From: a virus
Taxonomy: Duplodnaviria > Caudoviricetes
Reading direction: 5' to 3' (one strand)
Virus record (IMG/VR): IMGVR_UViG_3300020045_001314
Span: 1-49,674 of that record
DNA length: 49,674 nt
The notes beneath the pieces were generated by a model, which was not told the origin of the DNA, made no database searches, and saw nothing but the letters and a program-made list of their open reading frames with translations. Of this stretch, positions 18,252 through 27,739 are shown piece after piece (the stretch's first letter is position 1; the number at the start of each line of letters is the position of its first letter). The translations under genes and the position numbers were made by a program.

Positions 18252-18717
18252 AATAAGCGAGCAGCTTCGCCAACTGTCTGAAATGGACGAGATTCCACCC
18301 GAGCAGTTGCAAGACACTCTCGACATGATCAGCGACGATTTCCGCGTAAAGGCTGAAAATGTTGCAATCGTCATTCGAGAAATTGAAGCGCAATCTGCTG
18401 CACTGAAAGCAGAAGCTGACCGCATGACAGAGCGCAAAAAATCTCTTGACAACAAGGTTGAATCGCTAAAGGATTACTTGCGCTTCAACATGGAAGCAAC
18501 AGGAATCGTAAAAGTTAACGGTAATCTATTATCCGTTACGCTTGGAGCGCCATCTGAAATTGTTGTCGTTCCAGAAGATGCGCTTGATCTTCCAACCAAA
18601 TACCGTAATCATGTTATCACAGCAAATAAAACACTCATCAAGCTCGTTTTAAAAGCTGGGAAAAAAGTAAAAGGTTGCGCCATTATGAATGGCAAGGCAA
18701 AATTAACTATCAAATAA
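18238..18717 (+). CDS. Siphovirus Gp157-family protein
   Basis: MKLYEI..., KAENVA, LKDYL..NM; coiled coil; usual neighbour of Sak4. Confidence 0.8.
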   Translation: MKLYEISEQLRQLSEMDEIPPEQLQDTLDMISDDFRVKAENVAIVIREIEAQSAALKAEADRMTERKKSLDNKVESLKDYLRFNMEATGIVKVNGNLLSVTLGAPSEIVVVPEDALDLPTKYRNHVITANKTLIKLVLKAGKKVKGCAIMNGKAKLTIK

Positions 18718-18760
18718 CGCCGCAAGGCAGCAACGTATGCCGGAAGGCAGGAGAATACAA

Positions 18761-19330
18761 ATGAGCTTTTTTACTAAATCAACTGGCGAAACCCTGAATA
18801 AAACCAACGTAACTGGTAGCTTCGAACCGTCAACTGACATGCCGCCAATCCCTGACAAGACAGTAACCAAAGCTGTCTGCACTGAGGCGAAGTGGGGCAT
18901 GATCGACAAGTTGCCAGAAGGTGACAGCAAGCGCTATGTAGGCGAGCGCTACATTAACATCCGATGGGATGTTGTAGATGGCGAGCACAAAGGGCGCGTC
19001 ACGTTTCAGAAGCTGTGGGTCACATCAAACGATGATGCAGCGCGAGACAAGGCAATCGACATGCTGGCTGCCATTGACATGAACGCCACTGGCGGGAAGC
19101 TGATTGCGGCTGGAAAGGAGCCAAGCGACATGGACTTGATGAGCAATCTGTCACAGAAAATCATGTTTGTGCGTCAGCGTGTATGGGGTAAGACTGGCGA
19201 GAAGCAAGGAAACTGGATCGACGCCGTTAACTCCGCGAAGAAACAACAACGCCCAAGCGCGTCGACAGCTGCAATTACTGTTCCAGCAGAGCCAGTTGTC
19301 AGCGATGATGATGACGAGTTGGGATTCTAA
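18761..19330 (+). CDS. DUF669-like single-stranded DNA-binding protein
   Basis: Acidic C-terminus DDDDELGF; GEHKGRVTFQKLW; position in the recombination module. Confidence 0.75.
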   Translation: MSFFTKSTGETLNKTNVTGSFEPSTDMPPIPDKTVTKAVCTEAKWGMIDKLPEGDSKRYVGERYINIRWDVVDGEHKGRVTFQKLWVTSNDDAARDKAIDMLAAIDMNATGGKLIAAGKEPSDMDLMSNLSQKIMFVRQRVWGKTGEKQGNWIDAVNSAKKQQRPSASTAAITVPAEPVVSDDDDELGF

Positions 19331-19342
19331 TAAGTAGTAATC

Positions 19343-19366
19343 AAGGCCGCCAACTGGCGGCCTTTT
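19343..19366 (+). terminator. Intrinsic terminator
   Basis: AAGGCCGCCA/TGGCGGCCTT followed by TT. Confidence 0.75.
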
Positions 19367-19380
19367 AGTCTGGGGGTTTT

Positions 19381-20193
19381 ATGTGCCAGCGTAAAAGATG
19401 GATAGCGTCACGCCGCATCACTGACAGCGCAGCAGTGCGCCAGATTGATGCGCTGAGCGACAAGATAAAGGCTTGCATGCTCGAATATGTGAAGCGTCAA
19501 GGCGTGAAGATTTTTCACGAAGGCGCAGAGCTTCGCGGATGCTCGTCAATTGACGGGATAGTGAAGATTGATGGACAGCCAATGCTACTGGCTATCTTTC
19601 CAGAAGAAAATCCGGATATGAGCATTCACGCGCAGATGTGGCTATCTGTGCAGCTATCAAAGACCGGATCGCAACTGACTAGCGCAAAAGTCTACACGCT
19701 GGAAAAAAACGAGATCGTTTCGTCCGTTGTTGAGTTTGACGAATATGCGGCACATATCGAGCTGGATGAATACGAGGAAATCACAGCAGACGATATGCCG
19801 ACTATTGTTGAATCAGCAGAGTGCGACACTTGCAAGCATAAAAACTTGTGCCGTGGTGATGACTTGCCGCTGATAAACTGCAACACATGCGCCGCAAAAG
19901 GTTTGCCAATTTGCCATCGCTGCACAAAGTACGATCTGCATATTTTTCATCCCCAGTGGTTACAGAATGCTGGATATGAGATAGAGTCGGTTGATAGCGA
20001 TAACCTGGTTATCGAGTATGATGGATTCTACTCTTGCAACAACAAGTCGCTCAGGATGAAGGACAAAACAAAGCATGTGCTGTTGTCTAGTGAGATAAAG
20101 ACGCTATGGAAAAACAAGCTAATGGCAGACGATGCTCTGAATGGAATGATTGCCAGATTTAGCGCAGAGCTGATAGACGTAAAAGTGGAGTAA
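19381..20193 (+). CDS. Cas4-like / PD-(D/E)xK exonuclease homologue, apparently degenerate
   Basis: SIDGIV, HAQMW, CDTCKHKNLC and INCNTC motifs; sits between SSB and helicase. Confidence 0.55.
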   Translation: MCQRKRWIASRRITDSAAVRQIDALSDKIKACMLEYVKRQGVKIFHEGAELRGCSSIDGIVKIDGQPMLLAIFPEENPDMSIHAQMWLSVQLSKTGSQLTSAKVYTLEKNEIVSSVVEFDEYAAHIELDEYEEITADDMPTIVESAECDTCKHKNLCRGDDLPLINCNTCAAKGLPICHRCTKYDLHIFHPQWLQNAGYEIESVDSDNLVIEYDGFYSCNNKSLRMKDKTKHVLLSSEIKTLWKNKLMADDALNGMIARFSAELIDVKVE

Positions 20194-20196
20194 GGC

Positions 20197-22062
20197 GTGA
20201 AACTAACACCACGATGGTATCAACAGGAAGCGCACGACATGGCGATGTCGTGGGTTAAAAAATGCTTCGATCCATGTCTTATAGAGGCACCTACAGGCGC
20301 AGGCAAATCAATAATCGTCGCGATGCTGGCTCACACCATTCACAAGACAAGCGGAAAAAAAATACTTTGCCTGGCGCCCTCGCGGGAATTGGTGCAACAA
20401 AATAGGGAAAAATATTTGCTCACTGGTGAGCCTGCATCCATGTTTTCAGCCAGTGCAGGCGCAAAGGAGACAAAGCACGCCGTTGTGTTTGGGTCGCCAT
20501 TGACGGTTGCAAAAAGCATCGAGCGTTTCGGCAGTCAGTATGCGGCGGTGATCATTGACGAGGCGCACGGAATCACGCCAACGATTATCGAGATAGTAAA
20601 CAAGATGCGCGAGAAGAATCCAAAGCTGCGCATCATTGGCCTATCTGCTACGCCATACCGACTCGGCACTGGCTACATATATGCAAACCACTACGCGCAC
20701 GGCGCTGTTAGTGAGGAGCAAGCAATCGACCCGTTTTTCTCGATGCTTGTTTATAGTATTGATGCGCGAATGTTGATTGCCGAAGGATTTTTGAGTCAGC
20801 CAGTTTTCAAGACTACCGAAGAGTGTTACGACACATCTGGATTGACACTTAACCGGATGGGCCAGTTTGACGCGGCAACCGTTGACAAGGCTTTCGTAGG
20901 GCAAGGACGCAAAACAAGCGTTATCGTCAATGACATCATCGAGCGGTCACGCGACAAGCAAGGAGTGATGATTTTTGCGGCTACCATCCAGCACGCAAAC
21001 GAGATCATGGATTCTCTGCCGAAAGAGTTATCCGCCATTGTAACCGGAAAGAACACCAAGCAAGAGCGCGAGCAGGCGATAGGTGATTTCAAGGCAAAGC
21101 GCATAAAGTACCTGGTAAACGTTGCTGTTTTAACAACCGGATTTGATGCAAGCCATGTCGATCACGTTGCCATCATGCGGGCCACTGAGTCTGTCGGCCT
21201 ACTCCAGCAGATTATCGGACGCGGGTTGCGAGTTGAGCAAGGTAAGACGGAATGCCTCATTAGCGACTATGCAGAAAACATCGAGCGGCACTGCCCAGAT
21301 GGTGATGTCTTTTCGCCGGAGATAAAGGCGCGGCGTAAACTTGAATCAACTCCAATCTCTGTTTGCTGCCCATCATGCGGATATGAGAATGAATTTGCGC
21401 GTCGGCCTAATCCTGATGAATTCGAGATTGACAGCGAAGGTTATTTTATCGACCTAGCTGGTTCCCGCATTCTTGCAGATGAAGATAAACCGCTGCCAGC
21501 GCACTATGGTCGTAGATGCAAAGGCTGGTCTATAGCTGCTGGCAGGATGGAGCAATGCGCACACAAGTGGAGTTTCAAGCTGTGCGAGTGCGGAGCGGAG
21601 AATGACATTGCAGCCAGGTATTGCACCACATGCCGTGGTGAGATAATTGACCCGAACGAGCGTTTAAAGATTGAAGCAATCAAGATTGCCAATGACCCAT
21701 ATCGGATCCGAACCGCTGATGTGCAAATGTGGAATATCAGCAGACACAAAGGGAAAGACGGTAAGCCAGACAGCGTAATGGTCGAATACATGATTGAATG
21801 TGCGCCCTCCAGCTTGCGCGACTGGTATCACCCGCAGTCTGATTCAGCATGGTTGTTGAGCAAGTGGAACAAGTTTTGTATTGCGGTTTTCGGTGAGCAA
21901 GGATTAACACTAGATCAGGCAATCGAGCGCAGATATGATGCCATGCAGCCATCTAGCGTTATGTATCAGAAGCGCAAGAGCAGCAAATATTTTGAGGTTG
22001 TTGGTTTTGAGTTTTTGCCAGCAGCGGCAGAAACAACAATTGCAGAAGAGGCTACAGCATGA
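20197..22062 (+). CDS. SF2 DNA helicase (RadD/YejH-like) with Zn fingers
   Basis: APTGAGKS, IIDEAH, SATPYR, QIIGRGLR, CPSCG, CTTC. Confidence 0.93.
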   Translation: MKLTPRWYQQEAHDMAMSWVKKCFDPCLIEAPTGAGKSIIVAMLAHTIHKTSGKKILCLAPSRELVQQNREKYLLTGEPASMFSASAGAKETKHAVVFGSPLTVAKSIERFGSQYAAVIIDEAHGITPTIIEIVNKMREKNPKLRIIGLSATPYRLGTGYIYANHYAHGAVSEEQAIDPFFSMLVYSIDARMLIAEGFLSQPVFKTTEECYDTSGLTLNRMGQFDAATVDKAFVGQGRKTSVIVNDIIERSRDKQGVMIFAATIQHANEIMDSLPKELSAIVTGKNTKQEREQAIGDFKAKRIKYLVNVAVLTTGFDASHVDHVAIMRATESVGLLQQIIGRGLRVEQGKTECLISDYAENIERHCPDGDVFSPEIKARRKLESTPISVCCPSCGYENEFARRPNPDEFEIDSEGYFIDLAGSRILADEDKPLPAHYGRRCKGWSIAAGRMEQCAHKWSFKLCECGAENDIAARYCTTCRGEIIDPNERLKIEAIKIANDPYRIRTADVQMWNISRHKGKDGKPDSVMVEYMIECAPSSLRDWYHPQSDSAWLLSKWNKFCIAVFGEQGLTLDQAIERRYDAMQPSSVMYQKRKSSKYFEVVGFEFLPAAAETTIAEEATA

Positions 22063-22475
22063 AATTTCCAGAATGGTTACACGTTGAGGGAGACATTACT
22101 TTTCGCGGGAAATGCCCACTAGAGGACGCTGAGCACCTGACATTTTTCAACCAGTTGAAAGTCAAATTTCCAGACCTGCACAAGATAGCAATCCACCCGA
22201 AAAATGAGGCGAAGCGCACAGGGAGAGACTTTTACACAATGGCGCATGACAAGTTGCGCGGCGCTCTGAATAAAGGAGCCAGCGATATTGTGATCCCATG
22301 CTCGCCAGCGATCGTTATCGAGCTAAAACGACAAGACCACACGTTAAGTCATTGGCAGGACGGGCAAGCTGAATACCTAGAGACATGTCACAGGATGGGG
22401 TCTGATGTTTGTGTTGCCCTAGGCTGGGAAGCGGCAATAAAATTTATCACAAAAACCTTGCAATCACGCGCATGA
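22059..22475 (+). CDS. VRR-NUC family nuclease (resolvase-like)
   Basis: HPKNE, GASDIVI, IELKR, Q..YL motifs. Confidence 0.85.
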   Translation: MKFPEWLHVEGDITFRGKCPLEDAEHLTFFNQLKVKFPDLHKIAIHPKNEAKRTGRDFYTMAHDKLRGALNKGASDIVIPCSPAIVIELKRQDHTLSHWQDGQAEYLETCHRMGSDVCVALGWEAAIKFITKTLQSRA

Positions 22476-22486
22476 TGTAATAGCTT
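22458..22486 (+). promoter_or_regulatory. Early-type promoter TTGCAA-N17-TAGCTT
   Basis: Contains the TGTAATAG block; GAGG RBS downstream. Confidence 0.5.
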
Positions 22487-22515
22487 TGACTGATCTAGTT
22501 TTGAGTGAGGTTTTT

Positions 22516-22815
22516 ATGGGTATAGACGGTGATTTTCTAAAGGATTTGCGGGTGTACGATGCTCTGGAAAAGAAACCAGAGTGTGCAGATAAGCAAGACA
22601 TGGTAAACCACCCGCCACACTACCAATCGGAAAGCGGCATTGAATGCATTGATGCAATTCGTGCGGCGCTTGGTGATGAAGGATTTATCGCATACTGTCG
22701 CGGTAACGCCATGAAGTACACTTGGCGACAAAAGATTAATCCTGCCGAAGACTTGCGTAAGGCGGCGTGGTATTTAAAGAAGGCGGCAGAAGTTATCGAG
22801 GCAAACCATGACTAA
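22516..22815 (+). CDS. DUF3310-family protein
   Basis: DMVNHPPHY, IECIDAI, GNAMKY, EDLRKAAWYL. Confidence 0.85.
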   Translation: MGIDGDFLKDLRVYDALEKKPECADKQDMVNHPPHYQSESGIECIDAIRAALGDEGFIAYCRGNAMKYTWRQKINPAEDLRKAAWYLKKAAEVIEANHD

Positions 22816-23020
22816 ATTCGAAGAGTTACTCACCAAGGCGCGCACCCATGAAGATGTGCGAAACTATGGTGCGGCCAAGGAGCTTTACATCCAAGCGCAC
22901 ACTGTTGCCACCACCGGCAAGCGCCGCCATTTTTGCGAGCAGCGAATCCGGTTTTGCCGCCTAACCATACTCCGCGAAGAGGCTGTGGACGAAAAACTTG
23001 ACGAGAGACGCGCACAATGA
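22808..23020 (+). CDS. Hypothetical protein
   Basis: GAGG RBS; overlap-coupled. Confidence 0.55.
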   Translation: MTKFEELLTKARTHEDVRNYGAAKELYIQAHTVATTGKRRHFCEQRIRFCRLTILREEAVDEKLDERRAQ

Positions 23021-23431
23021 GCTATCGCAACGTAACGCGTAGCCTGCTGGCTGATGTGCTAAAATCCGAGATGGAGCGCCACAACGATGCAGAGTTGGCG
23101 CTTGAGAAAGAGCTTGAGCATGTGCGCGAGTCGCGGCGTGAATTGATTAATCGGACGAATGCAAACAAATGCAAATGCAATGCTTAACACACGCAATTCA
23201 GGTCTATGCTGACCTGTTTTGCGGAGGTGATTACGAGTTGGCGCTGGAGTTCCTAGAGATGCAGCATGGATAAAACAGAGTTCATTGAGACGCTGATAGG
23301 CGAGGAAATCGTGTTTACGATACCTGGATTTTTCGGCATTCCAGAAGTTGGCGTTGTTGAGCGCGTAGAGTGCGGACTTGTAATTATCAGTGGCGAGCTG
23401 TACCGGATTGATGATGTGGAGGTTGAATAGC

Positions 23432-23788
23432 ATGAGCCGCACACATAAAGCGCCATACACTGGCAGCAAGCGATTTGACAAAACATGCCGCAATCATGGC
23501 TCATGTTCGTATTGCCGCAATAACCGGACTTTTGAGCGAGCGGAGGTATTGCCTGAAAGCGCGCTGCAATATGCCGATGACGAGGTTGACGCACATGGCG
23601 GTATAATCGACACGGTAACTGATGACGAGATAGAGATTGCTGCGAATCCTGATGTCATTCTAGACCGCGCAAAAAGCGTAGAGTCAATTTATCCCGTGTT
23701 GTTCGCCAGCATGACTCGGCAGGAAATTAGCGACCTGCTACACGACATTCAGCGCAAGGTTCGCCGTGAGCAAGGATTTGAATCATGA
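23432..23788 (+). CDS. Hypothetical protein with N-terminal KPYTGSKRFDxTCRNHGSCxYC-type motif
   Basis: GGAGG RBS; ATGA overlap with the endolysin. Confidence 0.7.
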   Translation: MSRTHKAPYTGSKRFDKTCRNHGSCSYCRNNRTFERAEVLPESALQYADDEVDAHGGIIDTVTDDEIEIAANPDVILDRAKSVESIYPVLFASMTRQEISDLLHDIQRKVRREQGFES

Positions 23789-24330
23789 ACCTCCGCAACC
23801 TAGTCATATCCGGCACCACGGCCATGCTGCTAACAACCTCCATGGTGCTGCACTTCGAGTCATCCAATAAAGTCATAACCGAAGCCTATCTTGACCCTGT
23901 TGGCATTCCGACAATCTGCGACGGCATCACGAAAGATGTTTATATCGGAATGAAAGTTACGCCTGAGTGGTGCGCTAAAGCCCGTGAAAACGAAATTACT
24001 AACCACTCTAGGCCGTTAACTTCCGTTGAATGGGATTTACCTGCGCATATCAAAGCAGCATTCACTGACCTTGCGTTTAACATCGGCGAACGTGGATTAG
24101 CTAAATCAACGCCACTGCGCAAGCTGAAAGCGCATGACATTGATGGCGCGTGTGACGGCATCCTGCTTTACAAATATGCCGTAGGTAAGGATTGCTCAAT
24201 TCGTGCAAATGACTGCTATGGGATATGGGAGCGCCGCCAAACCGAGCGCAGGCTGTGCCGTGGTGAAATCTCAAGCCGTGACGCGCATATGATTTTTCAT
24301 GGTTTGCCTGTTGGTGGGGAGTTGGAATGA
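23785..24330 (+). CDS. Endolysin, GH24 lysozyme, probably SAR type
   Basis: Weakly hydrophobic N-terminus followed by FE...AYLDPVGIPTICDGIT catalytic E/D/T; AFNIG; RRQTERRLC. Confidence 0.9.
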   Translation: MNLRNLVISGTTAMLLTTSMVLHFESSNKVITEAYLDPVGIPTICDGITKDVYIGMKVTPEWCAKARENEITNHSRPLTSVEWDLPAHIKAAFTDLAFNIGERGLAKSTPLRKLKAHDIDGACDGILLYKYAVGKDCSIRANDCYGIWERRQTERRLCRGEISSRDAHMIFHGLPVGGELE

Positions 24331-24593
24331 GTGAATTACAGCGCCGAGTAGTGTGCGCAGCAAATCGCTTCCACGATGGCGTGATTATCCTTGGTGCTAG
24401 GCATTGGGACCCGTTGATGCGTGAGCACGCTATGCAGCTTGGTAGAATGCAGTGCGGAGCAGAGCAAGGATTCATCGACCAATGGCGCGTGTTTATGACA
24501 CGCGAAGAGGCGTGGAATGTTGCTTTCGCGGCTGGTCAGATAATACGTGACGTCGGATGCCATGGCGAACTCTACTCGGAGAACCTTTACTAA
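24327..24593 (+). CDS. Hypothetical protein within the lysis cassette
   Basis: VVCAANR...GARHWD...QGFIDQ...LYSENLY; overlap-coupled on both sides. Confidence 0.75.
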   Translation: MSELQRRVVCAANRFHDGVIILGARHWDPLMREHAMQLGRMQCGAEQGFIDQWRVFMTREEAWNVAFAAGQIIRDVGCHGELYSENLY

Positions 24594-25078
24594 TGACAAT
24601 CCCAACAAAACCGCTCATCTACCTGCTAGCAGTTGGCATATACACCGCTGCTGTCTGGTATCACGGCTACCACACGCGAGACCTGTCGGCCATTGCGGAC
24701 GCCAATGAACTAAAACAGCAACAAACAACAGCACAGTTGCAATCCAGCGAGCGGTTGCGCATCAAAGAGAAATACTATCAGCGATTGGCATCCGTTGCCG
24801 ATGCTGAATATCAGGAGAAATTAGAGAATGAACGTAAAACTTCCAATGACATTATTGCTGGCCTTGAGTCTAACAGCGTGCGCATCAAGTCCAGATTTAA
24901 GTGTCCAGTGCCCAGCGCTTCCGGAAGTTCCAGCGGCAGTAATGACGAAGAGGGAGCCGGACTTCAAACAGAAGATGCAAAAGTTCTTGTTCGAGAAGCA
25001 GCCAGAGCAGACGAAATAGTCTTGCAGCTACAGGCGTGCCAAGCGTACATAACGGCAATCAATAAAAAAGCCCCGTGA
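24593..25078 (+). CDS. Rz-like inner-membrane spanin
   Basis: N-terminal TM, coiled coil, C-terminal LQACQAYI. Confidence 0.85.
   Translation: MTIPTKPLIYLLAVGIYTAAVWYHGYHTRDLSAIADANELKQQQTTAQLQSSERLRIKEKYYQRLASVADAEYQEKLENERKTSNDIIAGLESNSVRIKSRFKCPVPSASGSSSGSNDEEGAGLQTEDAKVLVREAARADEIVLQLQACQAYITAINKKAP
24828..25019 (+). CDS. Rz1-like outer-membrane spanin lipoprotein nested in Rz
   Basis: Lipobox LTAC, Pro-rich CPALPEVPA, +1 frame inside Rz. Confidence 0.85.
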   Translation: MNVKLPMTLLLALSLTACASSPDLSVQCPALPEVPAAVMTKREPDFKQKMQKFLFEKQPEQTK

Positions 25079-25088
25079 TGGGGCTTTT
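25066..25088. terminator. Bidirectional intrinsic terminator
   Basis: AAAAGCCCC-gtgat-GGGGCTTTT between convergent genes. Confidence 0.85.
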
Positions 25089-25093
25089 GTTTA

Positions 25094-27523
25094 TTAATTT
25101 ACCCTACCGTATGTCACGCAAAGCCCGTATTGCCCATCTGTTGCAAGCATCTCTCCCATCACAGTAACATCGCCGTTTGTTGCAATTACTACAGCAACGG
25201 CTTTGTAGGTTGTTGATGTAAGAACCATGTGCGTTGTTATTTGCTCAGCGGGCCATAATTTAGCATCGAGAGTGCAGATACGAGTTCCTGCCGTTACGTC
25301 ACCCTGCATTTTAGAACCAGTTAGACTTATTACGTCGCCATTTCTTCGGCAAGACAACAAGCTATCGTGAGCGGTAAGTGTAGCGAGTAATGTTGGAAAA
25401 TCCTCTGCTTTCACTGATGAGTTTTTTGACAAAGCTCGAAACAGTTTCAGCTTGAAATCTTCTACTGGTTTTGAATAAATGTACTCAATACCGTTAGGGT
25501 TCGGATGATTTAGATAGTTGCCACCTTCCCCATATTTTGGATCGAAAATCTCATCAGTTGTCAGTAACTTAATATTTGATTTGTGATTTGCACTAAGGAA
25601 CCGCAAATCGGTTATTGACGCAGTGCCAGTTGTTGGGAAAATCCCAGCTCTGTTGCTAAAATTAGCGCCGAAAGTTTCATACTCGACAACATATATATTA
25701 TCAACGGCAACAAACACTGAAGAGCCAGACACCTGAACTCGAATTCTTTTCCCTGATGTGCTTCCTGAGTATGTACCTACGACGCCCATTTCTCCAGTTG
25801 ATGTAAGTGGCGCTGACACTGAAATTCCAGATGAGGTTATGTCTGCGTAAATTGATGCCGCAGTCAGTGGGTCTTGCCTCAGTATTACTCGCAACGCGCT
25901 GCTTATAGCTGTTACTACAAATTCGACTGCGCAGTCACGACTGTATTCCATGGAGCGAATTTCACCGCCTGAAGAAAAAGCAACAGTTAATGCCGACCCC
26001 TCCGTGACAGTAGCAGATGTAGCAACATAGCGAGAAACGGGTTCAATATTCATAGCGCCGGAGCGCACATCAATACCGTTCATAACTACATTGCTTGCTG
26101 CGTTCACATCAATAACGCTATCGCCAACCCATACGGAATATTTTCCGTAACCAATACCGGCCGCGTTCGAATACTCGTTACCTGGCCATGTTCCTAGTGA
26201 CTTTGAAGGGTCAGTTGTGCGCATTGGTGTTGTGACCCAAACAATGCTTGGGCTAGAGATTGCCTTCAATGCAGCTCGCACTTGAATAGCGTATTTCAAG
26301 TCATTAGCATCCATAGCGTTCATGCCGAAGGCAATAACCACTACATCCGGCTTGATATCATTAATATACGATAACCACGTGCGTCCAGTGTCGGTTATCC
26401 AAGCAGGCTCGCCAGGGGCGTGTGATGTTGCTGGGTCTGCGTACGCCGGAATGGTTCCGAGTAATTCTTGAATTGCAGAGCCAGCAATTGCGCGATTGTA
26501 GAAATCGCACGTAACATCAACAGCCGACTGAATTGCATCCTGAATGCGCTTGGCGGGCCATGAGTAGTCACGATAGTTGTGACCACCCATCACTATAGAG
26601 TCACCGACGATCACGACCTTCAGAGCCTCGCCTTTGTACTTTTTATCGAGCACGGAGTTTGCCAGCACTGAGACATCTCCAACAGCCGCGAGATTGTCAG
26701 GTACTGCCAGTGCGTTGTTTGAGCATTTCAAATAACGGTTGTCTTGGTGAGCAGTTAAAATCTCTGCATTCCCAGACAACACAATCCCGCCCATATTTTC
26801 GATGCGCGTGTTTAGATTGAATTTCGCCCACTTTTTAAAATGGATATTTCTTACGCCTACGCTTATCGCGTAATCGAGCATTTCAGAAAATGTTGATGAT
26901 AAGTCTCCGTCAGGAGTCAGGTCTCCAACAAATCCAAACATGGATGCAATGTCGCTAATTGACGACGCTCTTGATGTATATGTGCTGCCTGATGTTGGAT
27001 TTGTTCCAGCTGGTACTGAGCCTATTGGCCCTGAATATGCCTCTCCATTTGACTTGTACAGGAGAACATCTGCCGAGCCTGTAATCTCGCCTCCATCCTC
27101 AAATGATCCATCTACCAGGGTATACCCGGCTTCGGCGTAAGTTCTGCGCAACGCCTCAATTACCGATGGAGTAATTTCCGCTCTAAAAGTAACATCACTC
27201 CGATCAATCCAGCCGCCAGAACCGATAGGCGTTGGTGTTGAACCGGAGGAAACAACTTTCGGAAACACTCCAGACCAGCCATACTCATGCCCATCATATG
27301 TCAGTGTCTGGCGTGAGTTTGTAAGCGTGAAGCCAACTGCGAATGTGCCTACATTCACGAATCCATTACCTTGAACGATGCCTTCCCATGATGTGCGAGT
27401 AACGCCCAGGCGGTCAGTCCATGCTGCCTCTAGGGTGTTCATCGCCTCATCAATGTTGCCGCTATTGTCAACAAAATCCCTTGCGTCAGTAGACGGAACC
27501 GGATTTCCAGTGTTATAAGCCAT
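25094..27523 (-). CDS. Tail spike/fibre with SGNH/GDSL esterase domain
   Basis: N-terminal anchor MAYNTGNPVPSTDARDFVDN; SGNH blocks VGDSI, NRAIAGS, FGMN, NHPN. Confidence 0.85.
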   Translation of the reverse strand: MAYNTGNPVPSTDARDFVDNSGNIDEAMNTLEAAWTDRLGVTRTSWEGIVQGNGFVNVGTFAVGFTLTNSRQTLTYDGHEYGWSGVFPKVVSSGSTPTPIGSGGWIDRSDVTFRAEITPSVIEALRRTYAEAGYTLVDGSFEDGGEITGSADVLLYKSNGEAYSGPIGSVPAGTNPTSGSTYTSRASSISDIASMFGFVGDLTPDGDLSSTFSEMLDYAISVGVRNIHFKKWAKFNLNTRIENMGGIVLSGNAEILTAHQDNRYLKCSNNALAVPDNLAAVGDVSVLANSVLDKKYKGEALKVVIVGDSIVMGGHNYRDYSWPAKRIQDAIQSAVDVTCDFYNRAIAGSAIQELLGTIPAYADPATSHAPGEPAWITDTGRTWLSYINDIKPDVVVIAFGMNAMDANDLKYAIQVRAALKAISSPSIVWVTTPMRTTDPSKSLGTWPGNEYSNAAGIGYGKYSVWVGDSVIDVNAASNVVMNGIDVRSGAMNIEPVSRYVATSATVTEGSALTVAFSSGGEIRSMEYSRDCAVEFVVTAISSALRVILRQDPLTAASIYADITSSGISVSAPLTSTGEMGVVGTYSGSTSGKRIRVQVSGSSVFVAVDNIYVVEYETFGANFSNRAGIFPTTGTASITDLRFLSANHKSNIKLLTTDEIFDPKYGEGGNYLNHPNPNGIEYIYSKPVEDFKLKLFRALSKNSSVKAEDFPTLLATLTAHDSLLSCRRNGDVISLTGSKMQGDVTAGTRICTLDAKLWPAEQITTHMVLTSTTYKAVAVVIATNGDVTVMGEMLATDGQYGLCVTYGRVN

Positions 27524-27525
27524 TG

Positions 27526-27726
27526 TTAAGCCTCAGTGGTTGATTTGACTTGATTATACCATTCGCGCCATTGGTGCGCCTTTGCTTTCCAGTCGCCTGA
27601 GCTGCTTATGCGCTCCCAGCTTCCGTTGCAACCTGGCCTTCCGTATGCAACGATAAACGCGTAAAGCCCTTCGTCGTCGTAATCGAAGTTAATGCTTGCA
27701 CCTGTATCCAGCGCAAGTTTGTGCAT
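27526..27726 (-). CDS. Hypothetical 66-aa protein
   Basis: GGAGA RBS; fills the gap between the tail hub and spike genes. Confidence 0.5.
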   Translation of the reverse strand: MHKLALDTGASINFDYDDEGLYAFIVAYGRPGCNGSWERISSSGDWKAKAHQWREWYNQVKSTTEA

Positions 27727-27739
27727 TAAGTCTCCAAAT

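Noticed and set aside
25094-27523. Diversity-generating retroelement or invertible tail-fibre system
   Set aside because: No reverse transcriptase, invertase or template/variable repeat pair seen
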